DNA of 64,000 nucleotides from Chlamydiales bacterium (GTDB lineage: Bacteria > Chlamydiota > Chlamydiia > Chlamydiales > SM23-39): the NCBI GenBank assembly GCA_030681135.1, contig JAUXXF010000004.1, forward strand, positions 699-64,698. The letters run 5' to 3'. Under the pieces are notes generated by a model. The model was given only the letters and a program-made list of their open reading frames with translations. It did no database searches and was not told the DNA's origin. This document shows, piece after piece, positions 16,263-28,551 of the stretch. The position numbers and the translations under genes were made by a program. Every line of letters begins with the position of its first letter. Position 1 is the stretch's first letter.

Positions 16263-16828
16263 TACTGTTTGCACCAACAATCAATGAGGTGATCATCGAC
16301 TAGGCCAACTGCTTGCATGAAAGAATAGATGATCTTGGAGCCAACAAAAGTCATGCCTCGTTTCTTGAGGTCTTGTGAAAGAAGATCGCTTATAGGACTA
16401 AAGCAGGGGATTTCTTTGAAGTGTTTACGGCGATTTACGATTGGTTTTCCGTCCACAAAATCCCAAACATACTTATCAAATGATCCAAATTCTTTCTGGA
16501 TTTGCAAAAATACTTCAGCGTTTCGGCGTGCAGCATAGATTTTTAGTCGATTGCGAATGATCCCTTTATTTTCGAGAAGAGCATTTAACTCATCGTCTGT
16601 CATTTTAGCTACTTTGGAGGGATCAAAATGATAAAATACTTTTCGATATTCTTCACGTTTTTTGAGGATCGTTTCCCAGCTTAGCCCAGCTTGAGCTCCC
16701 TCGAGAATCAACATTTCGAATAAACGTCTATCATCATGAACTGGAACGCCCCATTCTTTGTCGTGATATTCTGCATAGAATTCTTTGCCAGGAAGAGAGC
16801 CGAAACAGCGGGTTTTCTTCGTTTTCAT
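16262..16828 (-). CDS. tag: DNA-3-methyladenine glycosylase I
   Basis: 'YHDKEWGVPVHDDRRLFEMLILEGAQAGLSWETIL' and the C-terminal 'CW' Zn-site block are typical of Tag. Length 188 aa. Confidence 0.9.
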   Translation of the reverse strand: MKTKKTRCFGSLPGKEFYAEYHDKEWGVPVHDDRRLFEMLILEGAQAGLSWETILKKREEYRKVFYHFDPSKVAKMTDDELNALLENKGIIRNRLKIYAARRNAEVFLQIQKEFGSFDKYVWDFVDGKPIVNRRKHFKEIPCFSPISDLLSQDLKKRGMTFVGSKIIYSFMQAVGLVDDHLIDCWCKQ

Positions 16829-17791
16829 TTAAATACCAAGCCTTTCTTTAATAAATTGGGCTGCTAAATTTCGTGCAACGTTGCCTTCTGGAATGTTTTC
16901 AGATTGTTCTACAATGCCATGAGGGACTTCCGAAAGAGATACACATGTTGCTGATCCTCCAACTCTGGTTATTTCTGAGACAAGGCAAAGGCTATCGCTT
17001 TCCAACGCATCTCTGGTTCCTGTTTGAGTAAACAGAGGAGGAAGTCCGCTGAGGTCGGCATTTAATATGGTAAACAAAGGATGGTCTTTTTCTTGTGTAT
17101 AATCTGCGAAAGCGGGTTCAATGGTCTCTTCGTAGGTAATGCGTGGGTCTTTATTTTTATCATAACTCTCTCCTTTATAAGCGCTCGTTACAGGAGAAAA
17201 CAGAGCTAAAGCTCCAGGGACTTGAATTCCTTCCATTTTTGCTTTTAAAGCCGTTGCAATACATAGATTTCCTCCAGCAGAATCTCCTAGAAAAACAATA
17301 TTTTCTGGTTGATATGTTTTGAGGAGCTCCTGATAAACAGCAAAGCATTGATCGAGACCTTTAGGAAAAGGAGCTTCTGGAGCGAGAGGATAATCAATGG
17401 CAATTGTTTTAAGTCCTGTCTCAAAAGCGACTTGAGCGAATACCTGATATAAATGCTTAGCTGAACCAATTACAAACGCTCCTCCGTGGATGTAGACAAT
17501 GACTTTATTTTCATGAAGGGGAGCAAAACTCTTTGGTGTAACTAAAAGGGCAGCGGTTCCAGCAATTTCTGTCTCTTCAGAGCTCTCAATGTATTTGTCT
17601 TTGGCAACAAGGCTTATCTCTGTTGTCGCTTCTGCATAAAACCCTCGAACCATTTGCCAAAAACCTTCGGGTTTGACGCCTCTTTCTCCAACAACTGTGG
17701 ATTCGTGGAGAAATTTTTTTAACCCTGGGCTGGGATCAGAGAAAGTGGCTACTGAACCATATGAAGAAGTCAATGAAACGGGAGTTGTCAT
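16829..17791 (-). CDS. alpha/beta hydrolase, hormone-sensitive-lipase family (family IV) esterase
   Basis: 'IHGGAFVIGS' (HGG oxyanion motif), 'GDSAGGNL' nucleophile elbow, and later a candidate acid (RDALESD) and His (VPHGIV). Confidence 0.85.
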   Translation of the reverse strand: MTTPVSLTSSYGSVATFSDPSPGLKKFLHESTVVGERGVKPEGFWQMVRGFYAEATTEISLVAKDKYIESSEETEIAGTAALLVTPKSFAPLHENKVIVYIHGGAFVIGSAKHLYQVFAQVAFETGLKTIAIDYPLAPEAPFPKGLDQCFAVYQELLKTYQPENIVFLGDSAGGNLCIATALKAKMEGIQVPGALALFSPVTSAYKGESYDKNKDPRITYEETIEPAFADYTQEKDHPLFTILNADLSGLPPLFTQTGTRDALESDSLCLVSEITRVGGSATCVSLSEVPHGIVEQSENIPEGNVARNLAAQFIKERLGI

Positions 17792-17793
17792 GT

Positions 17794-18162
17794 TTATGAT
17801 CCATTAGATTGTAGAATAGAAGCGAGTACACTCTCATGATCATTGAGCGCGCGAGTGATAATTTTATCGCATTTCGATGAACTTATGATTGCAGAAAGGC
17901 GATTGGCGGCTAGGAATTCAACCACCTTCCATTGATGAATTTTTGATGCTTCTTTTGCTACTCGAGCAATTTCTTTATCGGAACTTTCTTGTATGACACG
18001 AGACAAAAAGGTATTGCCATCAGCGCATAACAAAGCTGAACGAATACGGTCGCACGTTATAAAAAAACTGTTGTCTGATAATTCGAAGAAACTAATGTCT
18101 ATATCCTCAAAATCAGATGTTGGCGTATTTGCTTGAGGTGAAGATAGCCCGGAAATTTTCAT
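17794..18162 (-). CDS. hypothetical protein, 122 aa
   Basis: Open frame with an AAGG-type RBS. It ends 2 nt before the esterase start. No recognisable motif. Confidence 0.4.
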   Translation of the reverse strand: MKISGLSSPQANTPTSDFEDIDISFFELSDNSFFITCDRIRSALLCADGNTFLSRVIQESSDKEIARVAKEASKIHQWKVVEFLAANRLSAIISSSKCDKIITRALNDHESVLASILQSNGS

Positions 18163-18242
18163 GAATTAACCTTGTTATGTAAGATTTGCAAAAAATGAGT
18201 ATCCATAAGACCATATTATCGGTTTTTTTGCAATAGCTTTAA

Positions 18243-19678
<1,436 letters not shown>

Positions 19679-19706
19679 ACAATTCCTTAAGCTGGATTTA
19701 TTTTTA

Positions 19707-22700
19707 TCATATAGAAGAAGCCAAATGTTTGGCTAGAGCTTCTCGTAAAAAGGGAGCTGTTTTAGATGTTTTTGACTTAGCTACCTCTTCAGGTGTTCCT
19801 TGAGCCACAATAAAGCCTCCAGAGTCTCCAGCTTCGGGTCCAAGGTCGATGAGATAATCGGCATTAAGGAGCACATCAATGTTATGTTCGATGATGACAA
19901 GGGTGTTTTTTTTCTCAGCAAGACGTTGGAAAATAGAAAGGATTTTCACAATGTCTTCACTATGGAGCCCTACGGTTGGTTCATCAATCAGATAAAGGGT
20001 TTTCCCGATTTCTCGTTTTGATAGTTCGCGCGAAAGGCGTAGTCTTTGCGCTTCTCCTCCAGATAGAGAGGCTAAAGGTTGTCCTAACGAGAGATAATCA
20101 AGCCCCACAGCAATGAGCGTGTCGAGCCGTTTAGCAAGGCGAGGAATGACAGAAAAGAAAGACGCTGCTTCTGCAACGGTCATTTCGAGGATTTGTCCAA
20201 AGTGTTTTCCTTTGTAGAGTACTTCGAGAGAAATAGGGTTTAATCTTGCCCCTTTGCAAGACTCACAAGGGATCTGGACAGAAGGCAAGAATTGTAAATT
20301 GACCATTTTGTAGCCAAGACCCCAGCAGGTTCGACACATGCCGCGTAGGTGGTTTGGGCTGAAATGACGGGGCTGCAATCCTTTGCTTTGAGCTAAAGGA
20401 AGCGCTGCATAGTGAGCGCGGATCAGAGGCTGGATTTCTGTATAGGTGCTGACATCAGCGCGAGCAGTCATACCAATAGGGCTTTGATCGACGCAGACTA
20501 CTTGTTCAAAAGAGTGGAGTCCATAAAATAAGGTCCCTTGAACTTCAAGGGGTTCTTGTTTTGAAGAGGTATTGATGGCGAGCTGAGCAGCAGGTTTAAG
20601 CAGATGTCTCATAAGAGTGGATTTGCCCGAGCCAGAGACTCCTGAAAGACAGGTAATCGCCCCTTTGGGTAGAGCGAGCGACAAGTTTTTTAAATTATGC
20701 TTCGATGCGCCCTCGATCCGAATATCGGGAGTGAAGGGGCGTCTTTTTTTAGGGAGTGTAATTTGCTTTCTCCCGCTCAAATAAGCGCCTGTTAACGAAT
20801 TTGGGTCGCTTTTTATTTGCTCGGGCGTTCCCTGGGCTGTAATACGTCCTCCTTCCCGGCCAGCTTTAGGACCAAAGTCAAAGAGATAATCTGCTTGTTG
20901 GATGATGAGAGGATCGTGTTCGACAATAATAAGCGTGTTGCCCAGATCCCGAAGAGATTTGAGTGCAATATTTAGCTGCTGGCTATTTGCAGGATGGAGA
21001 CCAATGGTAGGTTCATCTAAGACGTAAAGACAAGAGACTAATCCAGAGCCGAGTTGTCTTGCTAGGCGGAGCCTCTGCAACTCTCCGCCGCTTAAAGTGG
21101 GCGCTGAACGATCTAAAGAGAGATAATGAAGATCGATTTGTAAAAGAAAATCGAGATATTTGAGGAGCTGTTTATGCGCTTCCTCTAAAAAAGAAGGGGG
21201 GTTCACGGTTTGTAAAAAGGCGTTGGCTGAGGCAAGGTTTAAAGCGCAGAGATCTGTAATCGAGTAAGAACCGATTCGGACGTTTCGAGCGAGGGGATTT
21301 AAGCGAGTGCCTTCACAACTAGGACAAGGGTGTAAAGAGAGGTAAGGGAGAAGCGTTTCTTTAAACTCTCCATGAGAAATTCTCGCAAGTAGGCTAAATA
21401 AAGGCTGAAGTCCTATCCATCGGAGAGTCGCAAAATGTTTGATCACCTGCTCCGGGCCGCCTTGCAAAAAGATCATCAGATGTTTGGCTGGAAGGTTTTT
21501 AAGGGGAGTGTCGCAGTCGATATCTAATGCACGGAAATAAGATTCGAGCAATTTATAAGCTTTCGAAGAGCCATATTCTTTAAACAGCCGATCCATGATT
21601 TGTAAAATGGAGAGTTTCATGAACCCTTTTTTGTCTGCGAAACTGGCTCCATAAAGAGACCCTAGTCCCTGACACTCTAGGCACATGCCAGACTCTGCAT
21701 TGAAAGAAAATGTGTTTGGCGTAATAGGAGGATACGATTTTCCTGTTTTTTCTACGGCGAAGGTTAGATTAAAAAACAGATCCTCTTTTTCTGTAGCAAT
21801 CACACAAATGCCGTCAGAAATTTGTGTTGCTTTTTCAACGGCTTCAAAAAGACGTTTTTTAGAGCGAGGATCAATGCTCATCCGATCAATGACTAGATAC
21901 AGCTCATTTTTCCTAAACGATTCAAAAGGAATCTTTTCATCTAGCTCATAGATTTTTCCATTGAGACGGATACGTAGATAGCCATCTCGATTGAGCGATT
22001 CCATCTTCTCTTCAAACGTCTCTTTTTTAAGCAGCTGGATAGGCGTCAGGATCAATATTTTTTCTCCCTGAGAAAGCGCCAAGATTTTATCTACGATGAG
22101 CTCTTTGCTAATATGCTCGATTCGTTCCCCAGTTTCTGGGCAGTAAGGAGTGCCGAGGTGGGCATAGAGGATTCTTAGCAGATCGTAAACTTCTGTAAGA
22201 GTCCCTACTGTACTTCGAGGATTTAGTCCCCCTGTTTTTTGCTCAAGAGCAATCGAAGGAGAGAGTCCTTCAATTTTATCTGCTTTGGGTTTGGGAAGCT
22301 GGTTCACATACTGTCTTGCATAGGCTGGGAGCGTTTCCGTATAGCGCCTTTGTCCTTCTGCATAAATCGTCTCAAAAGCTAAAGACGATTTTCCCGATCC
22401 GGAGGGGCCGGCAAATACAGAAATTTGTCCGCGTGGAATTTGGACATTGATCCCTTGCAAATAATTTTGTGTAGCATTTTCTATAGTAATAAAACCAAGA
22501 GCTGCCTCTTTTCTTTTCGACTGCTCTGAAGATACTTTTGGCGCTGAGGTTTTACACAAGATCTCTTTTAGAGCCTCACCTGTCGGTGTTTGTTTCTTTG
22601 CGACCTTTTCAGGAGGCCCTTCTGCAATGAGCTCTCCTCCATAGATACCAGCTTGAGGTCCTAGATCGATCACCCAATCAGCAGTTTTGATGAGGTCCAT

Positions 22701-25370
22701 GTTATGTTCGATGACGAGAACTGTGTGCCCTTTGTCTACAAGCTCTTGTAAGACGTTGATGAGTCTTTGAATATCTTGGAAGTGAAGACCTGTAGTTGGT
22801 TCATCGAAAATATAGATTGTTTTTGCACTCGCTGGGCGGACAAGCTCTTTGGCAAGTTTGATTCGTTGCGCCTCTCCTCCAGAAAGAGTGGTTGAGGGCT
22901 GTCCTAGAGTCAGATAATTGAGACCAACTTGACTGAGCGTTTCTAATTTGCGGCGAAGGCTCGGTAAAGAGTCGAATAGTTCAAGAGCGTGTTCTACATC
23001 CATTTCCAAAATGTCATAGATACTTTTCCCCTTAAAACTTACAGCTAAGATTTCTGGCTCGAATCGTTTCCCTTTGCATTGAGGACAGCGGACCCAGGCA
23101 TCTTCCATAAAATCCATGTCGATGGATACCTGTCCTATCCCTTGGCAATAAGGACACGAGCCTTCTTTTACATTGAAGCTAAAATGGCCAGCCGTAAATC
23201 CTCTTAATTTGCTCTCTGGCAATTCAGCAAAAAGGTCGCGGATTTGATCGAATAGTTTGATGTACGTAGCGGGATTTGAGCGGGCTGTTCTGCCAATGGG
23301 GGACTGATCGACAGCGATGATTTTTTCAATTTGTTCTATCCCTTCGATGCGCGTGTGGGCGCCTACTCGGATTTTTGCTCGGTGGAGAGCGTTTGCTAAA
23401 GAGGGATATAAAATATCTTGGATAAGAGAAGATTTTCCAGAGCCTGAGACTCCCGTTACACAGACAAAAAGACCTAAAGGGATAGAAACATCGATATTCT
23501 TTAAGTTATGATGGGACGCTCCATAGATCCGTAAAAACTCCTTTCCCGGTTTTCTCCGTTCACTTGGAATCTTAATGGCCAGTTTTCCTGAAAGGTACTG
23601 TCCTGTAATGGACTTAGGGTTTTTGAGTAGATCAGCGTAAGAGCTGTTTGCTAAAATGTATCCTCCATGCTGACCTGCTCCTGGACCTACATCTACGATT
23701 CGATCTGCTGCGCGCATGGTATCCGCATCGTGTTCTACGACAAGGACGGTATTGCCCAAATTGCGTAAATGGAGCAAGGTTTCGATTAAGCGGTGGTGGT
23801 CAGTGGGATGAAGTCCAATAGAGGGTTCATCGAGCACATAGATCGCACCAACAAGACCTGCTCCAACTTGCGAAGAAAGGCGAACCCGTTGCGACTCTCC
23901 GCCGCTTAAAGTAGGAGAGCTTCGATCTAAAGAGAGATAGTGAACACCTACATTGATGAGAAATTGGAGACGCAAAACGATCTCTTTCACGAGCTCTTCT
24001 GCGATGCTCCATTCCAATTCGGATAGTGAGATCCTTTGAAAAAAATGGAGCGCATCACTAAGGGGCATAGCCGTCAGTTCTGCAATTGTTTTTCCTTGGA
24101 TTTTTGCTGCTGCGGGATAAGGTTTGATTCTGGCGCCCTGACAGTCTGGACAAGTCATTTCGATCATGAGCTCGCCCATTTTTTTTCGATAGGCATCACT
24201 TTTTGCAGCGATTAGCCTTTCTCTCGCTTCGTGGATAACCCCTTTCCAAGAAACGAACTCTGTCCAGCTCGTCTTTTTCTCCGGATGAGTGAAGGTCATC
24301 CGAGTCCATTTTTTTTGATTGCCGTACAAAAACACCTCACGCGCTTTTTCTGGCAAATCTTTCCAAGGAGTATTGATCTTGAATTTGTATTCTTTTGCTA
24401 AATGTCGATAAATATTTCCAAAGCGAACCGTCTCATAGGAGCTGGCGATCGAGCAGCAATCTTCGCTGATGCTCAAATTGGGATCGATAATGCGCTCGAG
24501 ATCGAAGTCTGCATAGACGCCTAAGCCATGACAGGTAGGGCACATTCCTGCCGGGTGGTTAAAAGAAAAGTCTTGAGGCTCCAAAGGACCGTAAGATAAG
24601 CCAGACTTTTCCGAATAGGCGTGCTGAGAAAAACTCTTTTCTTCCTCTGTGTCAAAAAGGAAAATGCTAAAAAATCCTTTGCCGAGTTCCAGAGCCTGGC
24701 TGGCAGCTTCGGCAAGTCTTCCATAATTGGCAGGTTCTAGAGCGAGTCTGTCGATGACAAGATCGATATCATGAGCTTTACTTCCATCCAGCTGATCGAT
24801 TTCACCCAGTTCGACCCAATGCCCATCAATCCTTAAGCGAGTGTATCCTTTACTTAATAGCTCGACGAAATCTTCTTTAAACTCTGCCTTTTTGCCCCTT
24901 GCATAAGGGCTTAAAATCGCCATTTTGCTCTTTTCTGGCAGCTGTTTTAAAGAGGCGATGATTTTTTCTCTGCTCTGCGCAGCTACTGGTTCTTTGCTAA
25001 TGGGGCAAAACGGAGTGGCAACTCTGGCAAACAAAACTCTTAAAAAGTCGTAGATGCCTGTCATGGTCCCCACAGTAGAGCGAGGTGTCCTTCCGGCCAA
25101 TTTCTGTTCAATGGCAATCGTAGGAGCGATCCCCTCTATGGCATCGGCTTCTGGCTTGGTAAATTCACCCAAAAACCGACGAGCCTGATGGGAGAGCGAT
25201 TCAATATAGCGCCTTTGTCCTTCGACATAAATCGTATCAAAGGCTAAAGAGGATTTTCCAGATCCTGAGACGCCGCTAAAGACAACGAGCTCTCCAGGTT
25301 CTAGACGTAAATCCACGCCTTTTAAATTGTGGACACGGACATTTTTTAAAATGATGGGTTGGGTATTCAT
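19707..25370 (-). CDS. uvrA: excinuclease ABC subunit A, tandem-duplicated (UvrA-UvrA fusion), 1887 aa
   Basis: Four Walker A sites (GVSGSGKSS x3, GPSGSGKSS x1), four ABC signatures (LSGGE.QR) and repeated Zn-finger CxxC modules. The second full copy starts near '[19 protein letters not shown]' (about nt 22500). Confidence 0.95.
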   Translation of the reverse strand: MNTQPIILKNVRVHNLKGVDLRLEPGELVVFSGVSGSGKSSLAFDTIYVEGQRRYIESLSHQARRFLGEFTKPEADAIEGIAPTIAIEQKLAGRTPRSTVGTMTGIYDFLRVLFARVATPFCPISKEPVAAQSREKIIASLKQLPEKSKMAILSPYARGKKAEFKEDFVELLSKGYTRLRIDGHWVELGEIDQLDGSKAHDIDLVIDRLALEPANYGRLAEAASQALELGKGFFSIFLFDTEEEKSFSQHAYSEKSGLSYGPLEPQDFSFNHPAGMCPTCHGLGVYADFDLERIIDPNLSISEDCCSIASSYETVRFGNIYRHLAKEYKFKINTPWKDLPEKAREVFLYGNQKKWTRMTFTHPEKKTSWTEFVSWKGVIHEARERLIAAKSDAYRKKMGELMIEMTCPDCQGARIKPYPAAAKIQGKTIAELTAMPLSDALHFFQRISLSELEWSIAEELVKEIVLRLQFLINVGVHYLSLDRSSPTLSGGESQRVRLSSQVGAGLVGAIYVLDEPSIGLHPTDHHRLIETLLHLRNLGNTVLVVEHDADTMRAADRIVDVGPGAGQHGGYILANSSYADLLKNPKSITGQYLSGKLAIKIPSERRKPGKEFLRIYGASHHNLKNIDVSIPLGLFVCVTGVSGSGKSSLIQDILYPSLANALHRAKIRVGAHTRIEGIEQIEKIIAVDQSPIGRTARSNPATYIKLFDQIRDLFAELPESKLRGFTAGHFSFNVKEGSCPYCQGIGQVSIDMDFMEDAWVRCPQCKGKRFEPEILAVSFKGKSIYDILEMDVEHALELFDSLPSLRRKLETLSQVGLNYLTLGQPSTTLSGGEAQRIKLAKELVRPASAKTIYIFDEPTTGLHFQDIQRLINVLQELVDKGHTVLVIEHNMDLIKTADWVIDLGPQAGIYGGELIAEGPPEKVAKKQTPTGEALKEILCKTSAPKVSSEQSKRKEAALGFITIENATQNYLQGINVQIPRGQISVFAGPSGSGKSSLAFETIYAEGQRRYTETLPAYARQYVNQLPKPKADKIEGLSPSIALEQKTGGLNPRSTVGTLTEVYDLLRILYAHLGTPYCPETGERIEHISKELIVDKILALSQGEKILILTPIQLLKKETFEEKMESLNRDGYLRIRLNGKIYELDEKIPFESFRKNELYLVIDRMSIDPRSKKRLFEAVEKATQISDGICVIATEKEDLFFNLTFAVEKTGKSYPPITPNTFSFNAESGMCLECQGLGSLYGASFADKKGFMKLSILQIMDRLFKEYGSSKAYKLLESYFRALDIDCDTPLKNLPAKHLMIFLQGGPEQVIKHFATLRWIGLQPLFSLLARISHGEFKETLLPYLSLHPCPSCEGTRLNPLARNVRIGSYSITDLCALNLASANAFLQTVNPPSFLEEAHKQLLKYLDFLLQIDLHYLSLDRSAPTLSGGELQRLRLARQLGSGLVSCLYVLDEPTIGLHPANSQQLNIALKSLRDLGNTLIIVEHDPLIIQQADYLFDFGPKAGREGGRITAQGTPEQIKSDPNSLTGAYLSGRKQITLPKKRRPFTPDIRIEGASKHNLKNLSLALPKGAITCLSGVSGSGKSTLMRHLLKPAAQLAINTSSKQEPLEVQGTLFYGLHSFEQVVCVDQSPIGMTARADVSTYTEIQPLIRAHYAALPLAQSKGLQPRHFSPNHLRGMCRTCWGLGYKMVNLQFLPSVQIPCESCKGARLNPISLEVLYKGKHFGQILEMTVAEAASFFSVIPRLAKRLDTLIAVGLDYLSLGQPLASLSGGEAQRLRLSRELSKREIGKTLYLIDEPTVGLHSEDIVKILSIFQRLAEKKNTLVIIEHNIDVLLNADYLIDLGPEAGDSGGFIVAQGTPEEVAKSKTSKTAPFLREALAKHLASSI

Positions 25371-25479
25371 AGCATCTTAGCAAATCATATCATGGCCGTT
25401 AAAAAAAGGGGAACTCGCAAAATTTTTACTAAAAAATATCCTGTATTGTAAACTCTCTTTCTCTTTTAAGGAGAGTAGG

Positions 25480-25890
25480 ATGAAAGTTGTTGCTATTCGT
25501 GCATTAGGTCTCTCTGGAGGAGAGAGTATAGTTTTTTTGTTGGAGCGAAAAAAAACTTTAACCGCAGAAATAGCGCGTGTCAAAGAGTTGATACAAGTTT
25601 TGAGAGATGAGCATGAAAAAACAGTGGCTTATTTACAAAAGCAGCAGAACGAATGGGATGAAAAAAATGGAGCGCTTCAAACAAGAAACAAAGTTTCACA
25701 AATACGTAATCATGCTTTAAAGGAGAGAGTGACTTACTTCTCTAGGGGTTTTAATGCACATGCATGTCCTCCTTTTACTCCTATGGGCGTGGCGTGGAGG
25801 GTGGTTGTTAATTCGGTGCGCGAAGATTATAGAAAAAATTATCCCAGAGCTTCTACAGGAGAATTTCTTTACTTTTTGAGTCTTAAATAA
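25480..25890 (+). CDS. hypothetical protein with central coiled-coil-like segment
   Basis: ATG preceded by AGGAGAG. 136 aa. No recognisable motif. Confidence 0.4.
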   Translation: MKVVAIRALGLSGGESIVFLLERKKTLTAEIARVKELIQVLRDEHEKTVAYLQKQQNEWDEKNGALQTRNKVSQIRNHALKERVTYFSRGFNAHACPPFTPMGVAWRVVVNSVREDYRKNYPRASTGEFLYFLSLK

Positions 25891-25959
25891 AGATTTACTT
25901 ATTTAAGTATTGTTTGGTAAAAGCCTTACCGATTTTTATCACCTAAGAGGAGATATTTT

Positions 25960-26358
25960 ATGAAAATTACTAATACCGACCCTACCTCAAATCCTGTTGC
26001 GCCAGTAAGGTCTGAAAAAGAAGATTTGATGAAAGAATCGAATGAGATTCATAAAAAATTAGGACAGCAATTTCAGAGAGTTAATCGAACAGCTCCTCAG
26101 TGTTTAGGGAATTTTTCTCAGATACTAGGATCAACATCAAGAGATATGCTAAAACTTTCTAATATGTCTCTACAAGGAGAGAGTAAACAAAATTTGCAAA
26201 TCATCTCAGCCGGCGTGCAAAAACGAATAGAAAGAGGAACTGAAGACATTTTAATGAAGACAGAAGAATGTAAAATGAGCAGAGCAGAGTCAAACCTTCT
26301 GTCTAGGGAATTAAGCAAGATGTTAGACGTGCCTTTCGAAGGGGCATTCAAAGAATAG
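25960..26358 (+). CDS. hypothetical protein, 132 aa
   Basis: ATG preceded by AGAGGAG. Hydrophilic. No recognisable motif. Confidence 0.4.
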   Translation: MKITNTDPTSNPVAPVRSEKEDLMKESNEIHKKLGQQFQRVNRTAPQCLGNFSQILGSTSRDMLKLSNMSLQGESKQNLQIISAGVQKRIERGTEDILMKTEECKMSRAESNLLSRELSKMLDVPFEGAFKE

Positions 26359-26413
26359 TTTAGTGAAAAAACGTCTCTTTCTGTAAAATATTCTTTTTTA
26401 ATGGGAGTTGTCT

Positions 26414-26821
26414 ATGGCCTTATCACGTTTTCGGAGTAATTTTCGTTTTGCTCTTCATAAGGAAGCCTCCAACGCAAGGGACGATATTCCCTTGAACCAG
26501 TTTGAGAAGATTGGAAATTGGCTTTCCTGGTGCGTCTACGAGCTGAGATTTTTTTTGGCAAATACAGTGTGCGACGTTCGTTTTGTAACGACTTGCTTTA
26601 CACTTTTCACAATGATTCTTATCGCTTTTCTTTTTTATCCCTCGGATACTTGGGATGTTTTTTCAACAGCTTGCAGGTGGATTTTTGATCACATTAACTG
26701 GCGCTACGTTCGGTTTTCTCTCTGGCTTCTTTCAGAAATCACAATATTTGGACTTGGCATAAGAGCTTTGGGGCGCTTTTCAAACCGAAAATTACTAGAG
26801 CATCATGGAATCGTTTCCTAA
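26414..26821 (+). CDS. membrane protein, paralog of 26805..27242
   Basis: ATG 26414 lies 7 nt after GGGAG. There are two hydrophobic segments. The conserved C-terminal block is 'GLGIRALGRFSNRKLL' versus 'CLGCRALGRFNNKVLV' in the neighbour. Confidence 0.5.
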   Translation: MALSRFRSNFRFALHKEASNARDDIPLNQFEKIGNWLSWCVYELRFFLANTVCDVRFVTTCFTLFTMILIAFLFYPSDTWDVFSTACRWIFDHINWRYVRFSLWLLSEITIFGLGIRALGRFSNRKLLEHHGIVS

Positions 26822-27242
26822 CATCAAATGGGGCTGGAAAGAAGGTTTTCGCTTTGCCTTTTCTAGTGAATTTCGTCCAAAAGAAGGGGGCATTTTCTTT
26901 TATGAGATGAATATAGCCGAGCGATGCGGATCTGTGTTTTTAAAACCAATCTATAAAACGCTCAAGCAAATATCGAGATACATCCGTAAGCCACTGGCTA
27001 TATGCGCCTTTACGATCTTTGCTGCTTTTTTATCCCTTCTTATTTTTTACGATTTTCCTGCATTGGTGATTCTAGGGAAAATGATTCCCTATCAAACAGT
27101 TCGTTATTTGCTTTTTCTTTATATCGAATCCACCTTCTTTTGCCTTGGCTGCCGAGCGTTAGGACGTTTTAACAACAAAGTCCTTGTAGCTTGTTGGAAG
27201 AGCAATGAACTAACACCTATTTTTCTGGAAGACAATCTTTAA
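26805..27242 (+). CDS. membrane protein, paralog of 26414..26821
   Basis: Overlaps the upstream paralog by 17 nt. It shares 'FRFA', the two-helix hydrophobic core and the RALGRF block. Confidence 0.5.
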   Translation: MESFPNIKWGWKEGFRFAFSSEFRPKEGGIFFYEMNIAERCGSVFLKPIYKTLKQISRYIRKPLAICAFTIFAAFLSLLIFYDFPALVILGKMIPYQTVRYLLFLYIESTFFCLGCRALGRFNNKVLVACWKSNELTPIFLEDNL

Positions 27243-27267
27243 AAAATGATGACAGCGAGTAGAGAAC

Positions 27268-27867
27268 TTAGAAGGTTGACGCTTGCCCTAGTTTAACCTT
27301 CGAAGAGTCAAGTTTTTCTAGGGCTTCTTGATATGTTTCTCGGTAGATAGTTTTTAATCTATTTGTGTTTGGATTATCTATATCGTATTCTATTATTCCT
27401 CCAGATAAGGAGACTACAGATATATAGTCTGGAGGGATTTTTGAATTTTTTTTGTTTTGAACAAAAATATAAATCTCTGTGTGTGTTGGAGAAAAAGGAT
27501 GTTGATATAAATAGGGATGAATTTTAGGTTCATCATTAATTTCATTTGCTAATTTTTGAGCAGCATAGATAACTAATTCTCTGGCTTCTTCCATGGTTGG
27601 AAGGTTGTAATAGAAAAAGCTTAAAGCAAGCATTTGAATATCATTCATCATTTGCCCTCCTGTTCCACAAGGTATTAAAGATTTTTCTTCTTTTATTTTA
27701 AAAGCAGCTTTTCTTCTTACTGAATTAGCTAAGTTTTGTTTTTCATTTGGGTCGGATTCTTGTATATTGTAAGTGCAGCTAGTCAGAAAAAACAAAAGAA
27801 TAAAAAATATTAAACATTTCGATTCTCCAAAACAGATTATCGAATAGGGGATGAATTTTTTATGCAT
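27268..27867 (-). CDS. lipoprotein, tandem copy A (199 aa)
   Basis: Signal peptide ending in the lipobox 'LTSC'. The mature part is near-identical to copy B. Confidence 0.6.
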   Translation of the reverse strand: MHKKFIPYSIICFGESKCLIFFILLFFLTSCTYNIQESDPNEKQNLANSVRRKAAFKIKEEKSLIPCGTGGQMMNDIQMLALSFFYYNLPTMEEARELVIYAAQKLANEINDEPKIHPYLYQHPFSPTHTEIYIFVQNKKNSKIPPDYISVVSLSGGIIEYDIDNPNTNRLKTIYRETYQEALEKLDSSKVKLGQASTF

Positions 27868-27900
27868 GATTTTTTTTCTGCCATTTTTTATAAAAAAATG

Positions 27901-28500
27901 TTAAAGAGTTGATGCTTGCAGCACTTCAACCTTCGAAGAAGTAAGTTTTTCCAGGGCTTCCTGATATGTTTCTCGATGGATAGTTATTAATCTGCTTGTT
28001 TTTGGATTATCTATATCGTATTTTACCATTCCTCCAGATAAGGAGACTACAGATATATAGTCTGGAGGAATTTTTGAATTTTTTTTGTTTTGAACAAAAA
28101 TATAAATTTCTGTGTGTGTTGGAGAAAAAGGATACTGATATAAATAGGGATGAATTTTAGGTTCATCATTAATTTCATTTGCTAATTTTTGTGCAGCATA
28201 GATAACTAATTCTCTAGCTTCTTCCATGGTTGGGAGGTCGTAATAGAAAAAGCTTAAAGCAAGCATTTGAATCTGATTCATCATTTGTCCGCCTGTTCCG
28301 CAAGGTATTAGAGATGTTTCATTTTTTATTTTAAAAGCAGCACTTCTTCTTACTGAATTAGCTAAGTTTTGTTTTTCATTTGGATCTGATTCTTGTATAT
28401 TGTAAGTGCAGCTAATCAGAAAAAACGAAAAAAACAAAAAAATTAAATATTTTGATTCTCCAAAACAGACTGTCGAATGCGTGGCAAATTTTTTATTCAT
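27901..28500 (-). CDS. lipoprotein, tandem copy B (199 aa)
   Basis: Signal peptide ending in the lipobox 'LISC'. The mature part is near-identical to copy A. Confidence 0.6.
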   Translation of the reverse strand: MNKKFATHSTVCFGESKYLIFLFFSFFLISCTYNIQESDPNEKQNLANSVRRSAAFKIKNETSLIPCGTGGQMMNQIQMLALSFFYYDLPTMEEARELVIYAAQKLANEINDEPKIHPYLYQYPFSPTHTEIYIFVQNKKNSKIPPDYISVVSLSGGMVKYDIDNPKTSRLITIHRETYQEALEKLTSSKVEVLQASTL

Positions 28501-28551
28501 GGTTTTTTTTATTCTCTGTAAAAAATGTTAAAAAGCTTCAAAAGAATGAAT

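Larger units (their letters stand above)
27264..28530. repeat. tandem duplication, unit ~633 bp, each unit carrying one lipoprotein gene plus its flanks
   Basis: Gene starts are 633 nt apart (27867 vs 28500). By-eye alignment shows long identical nucleotide runs. The proteins differ at about 30 of 199 positions, 12 of them within the signal peptide. Confidence 0.9.

Noticed and set aside
27264-28530. Regularly spaced repeats that could at first glance suggest a CRISPR-like array (also 53672-54934).
   Set aside because: The repeat units are 633-646 bp long and consist of complete protein-coding genes with RBS. There are no 25-40-bp direct repeats with unique spacers anywhere in the window, and no cas genes.
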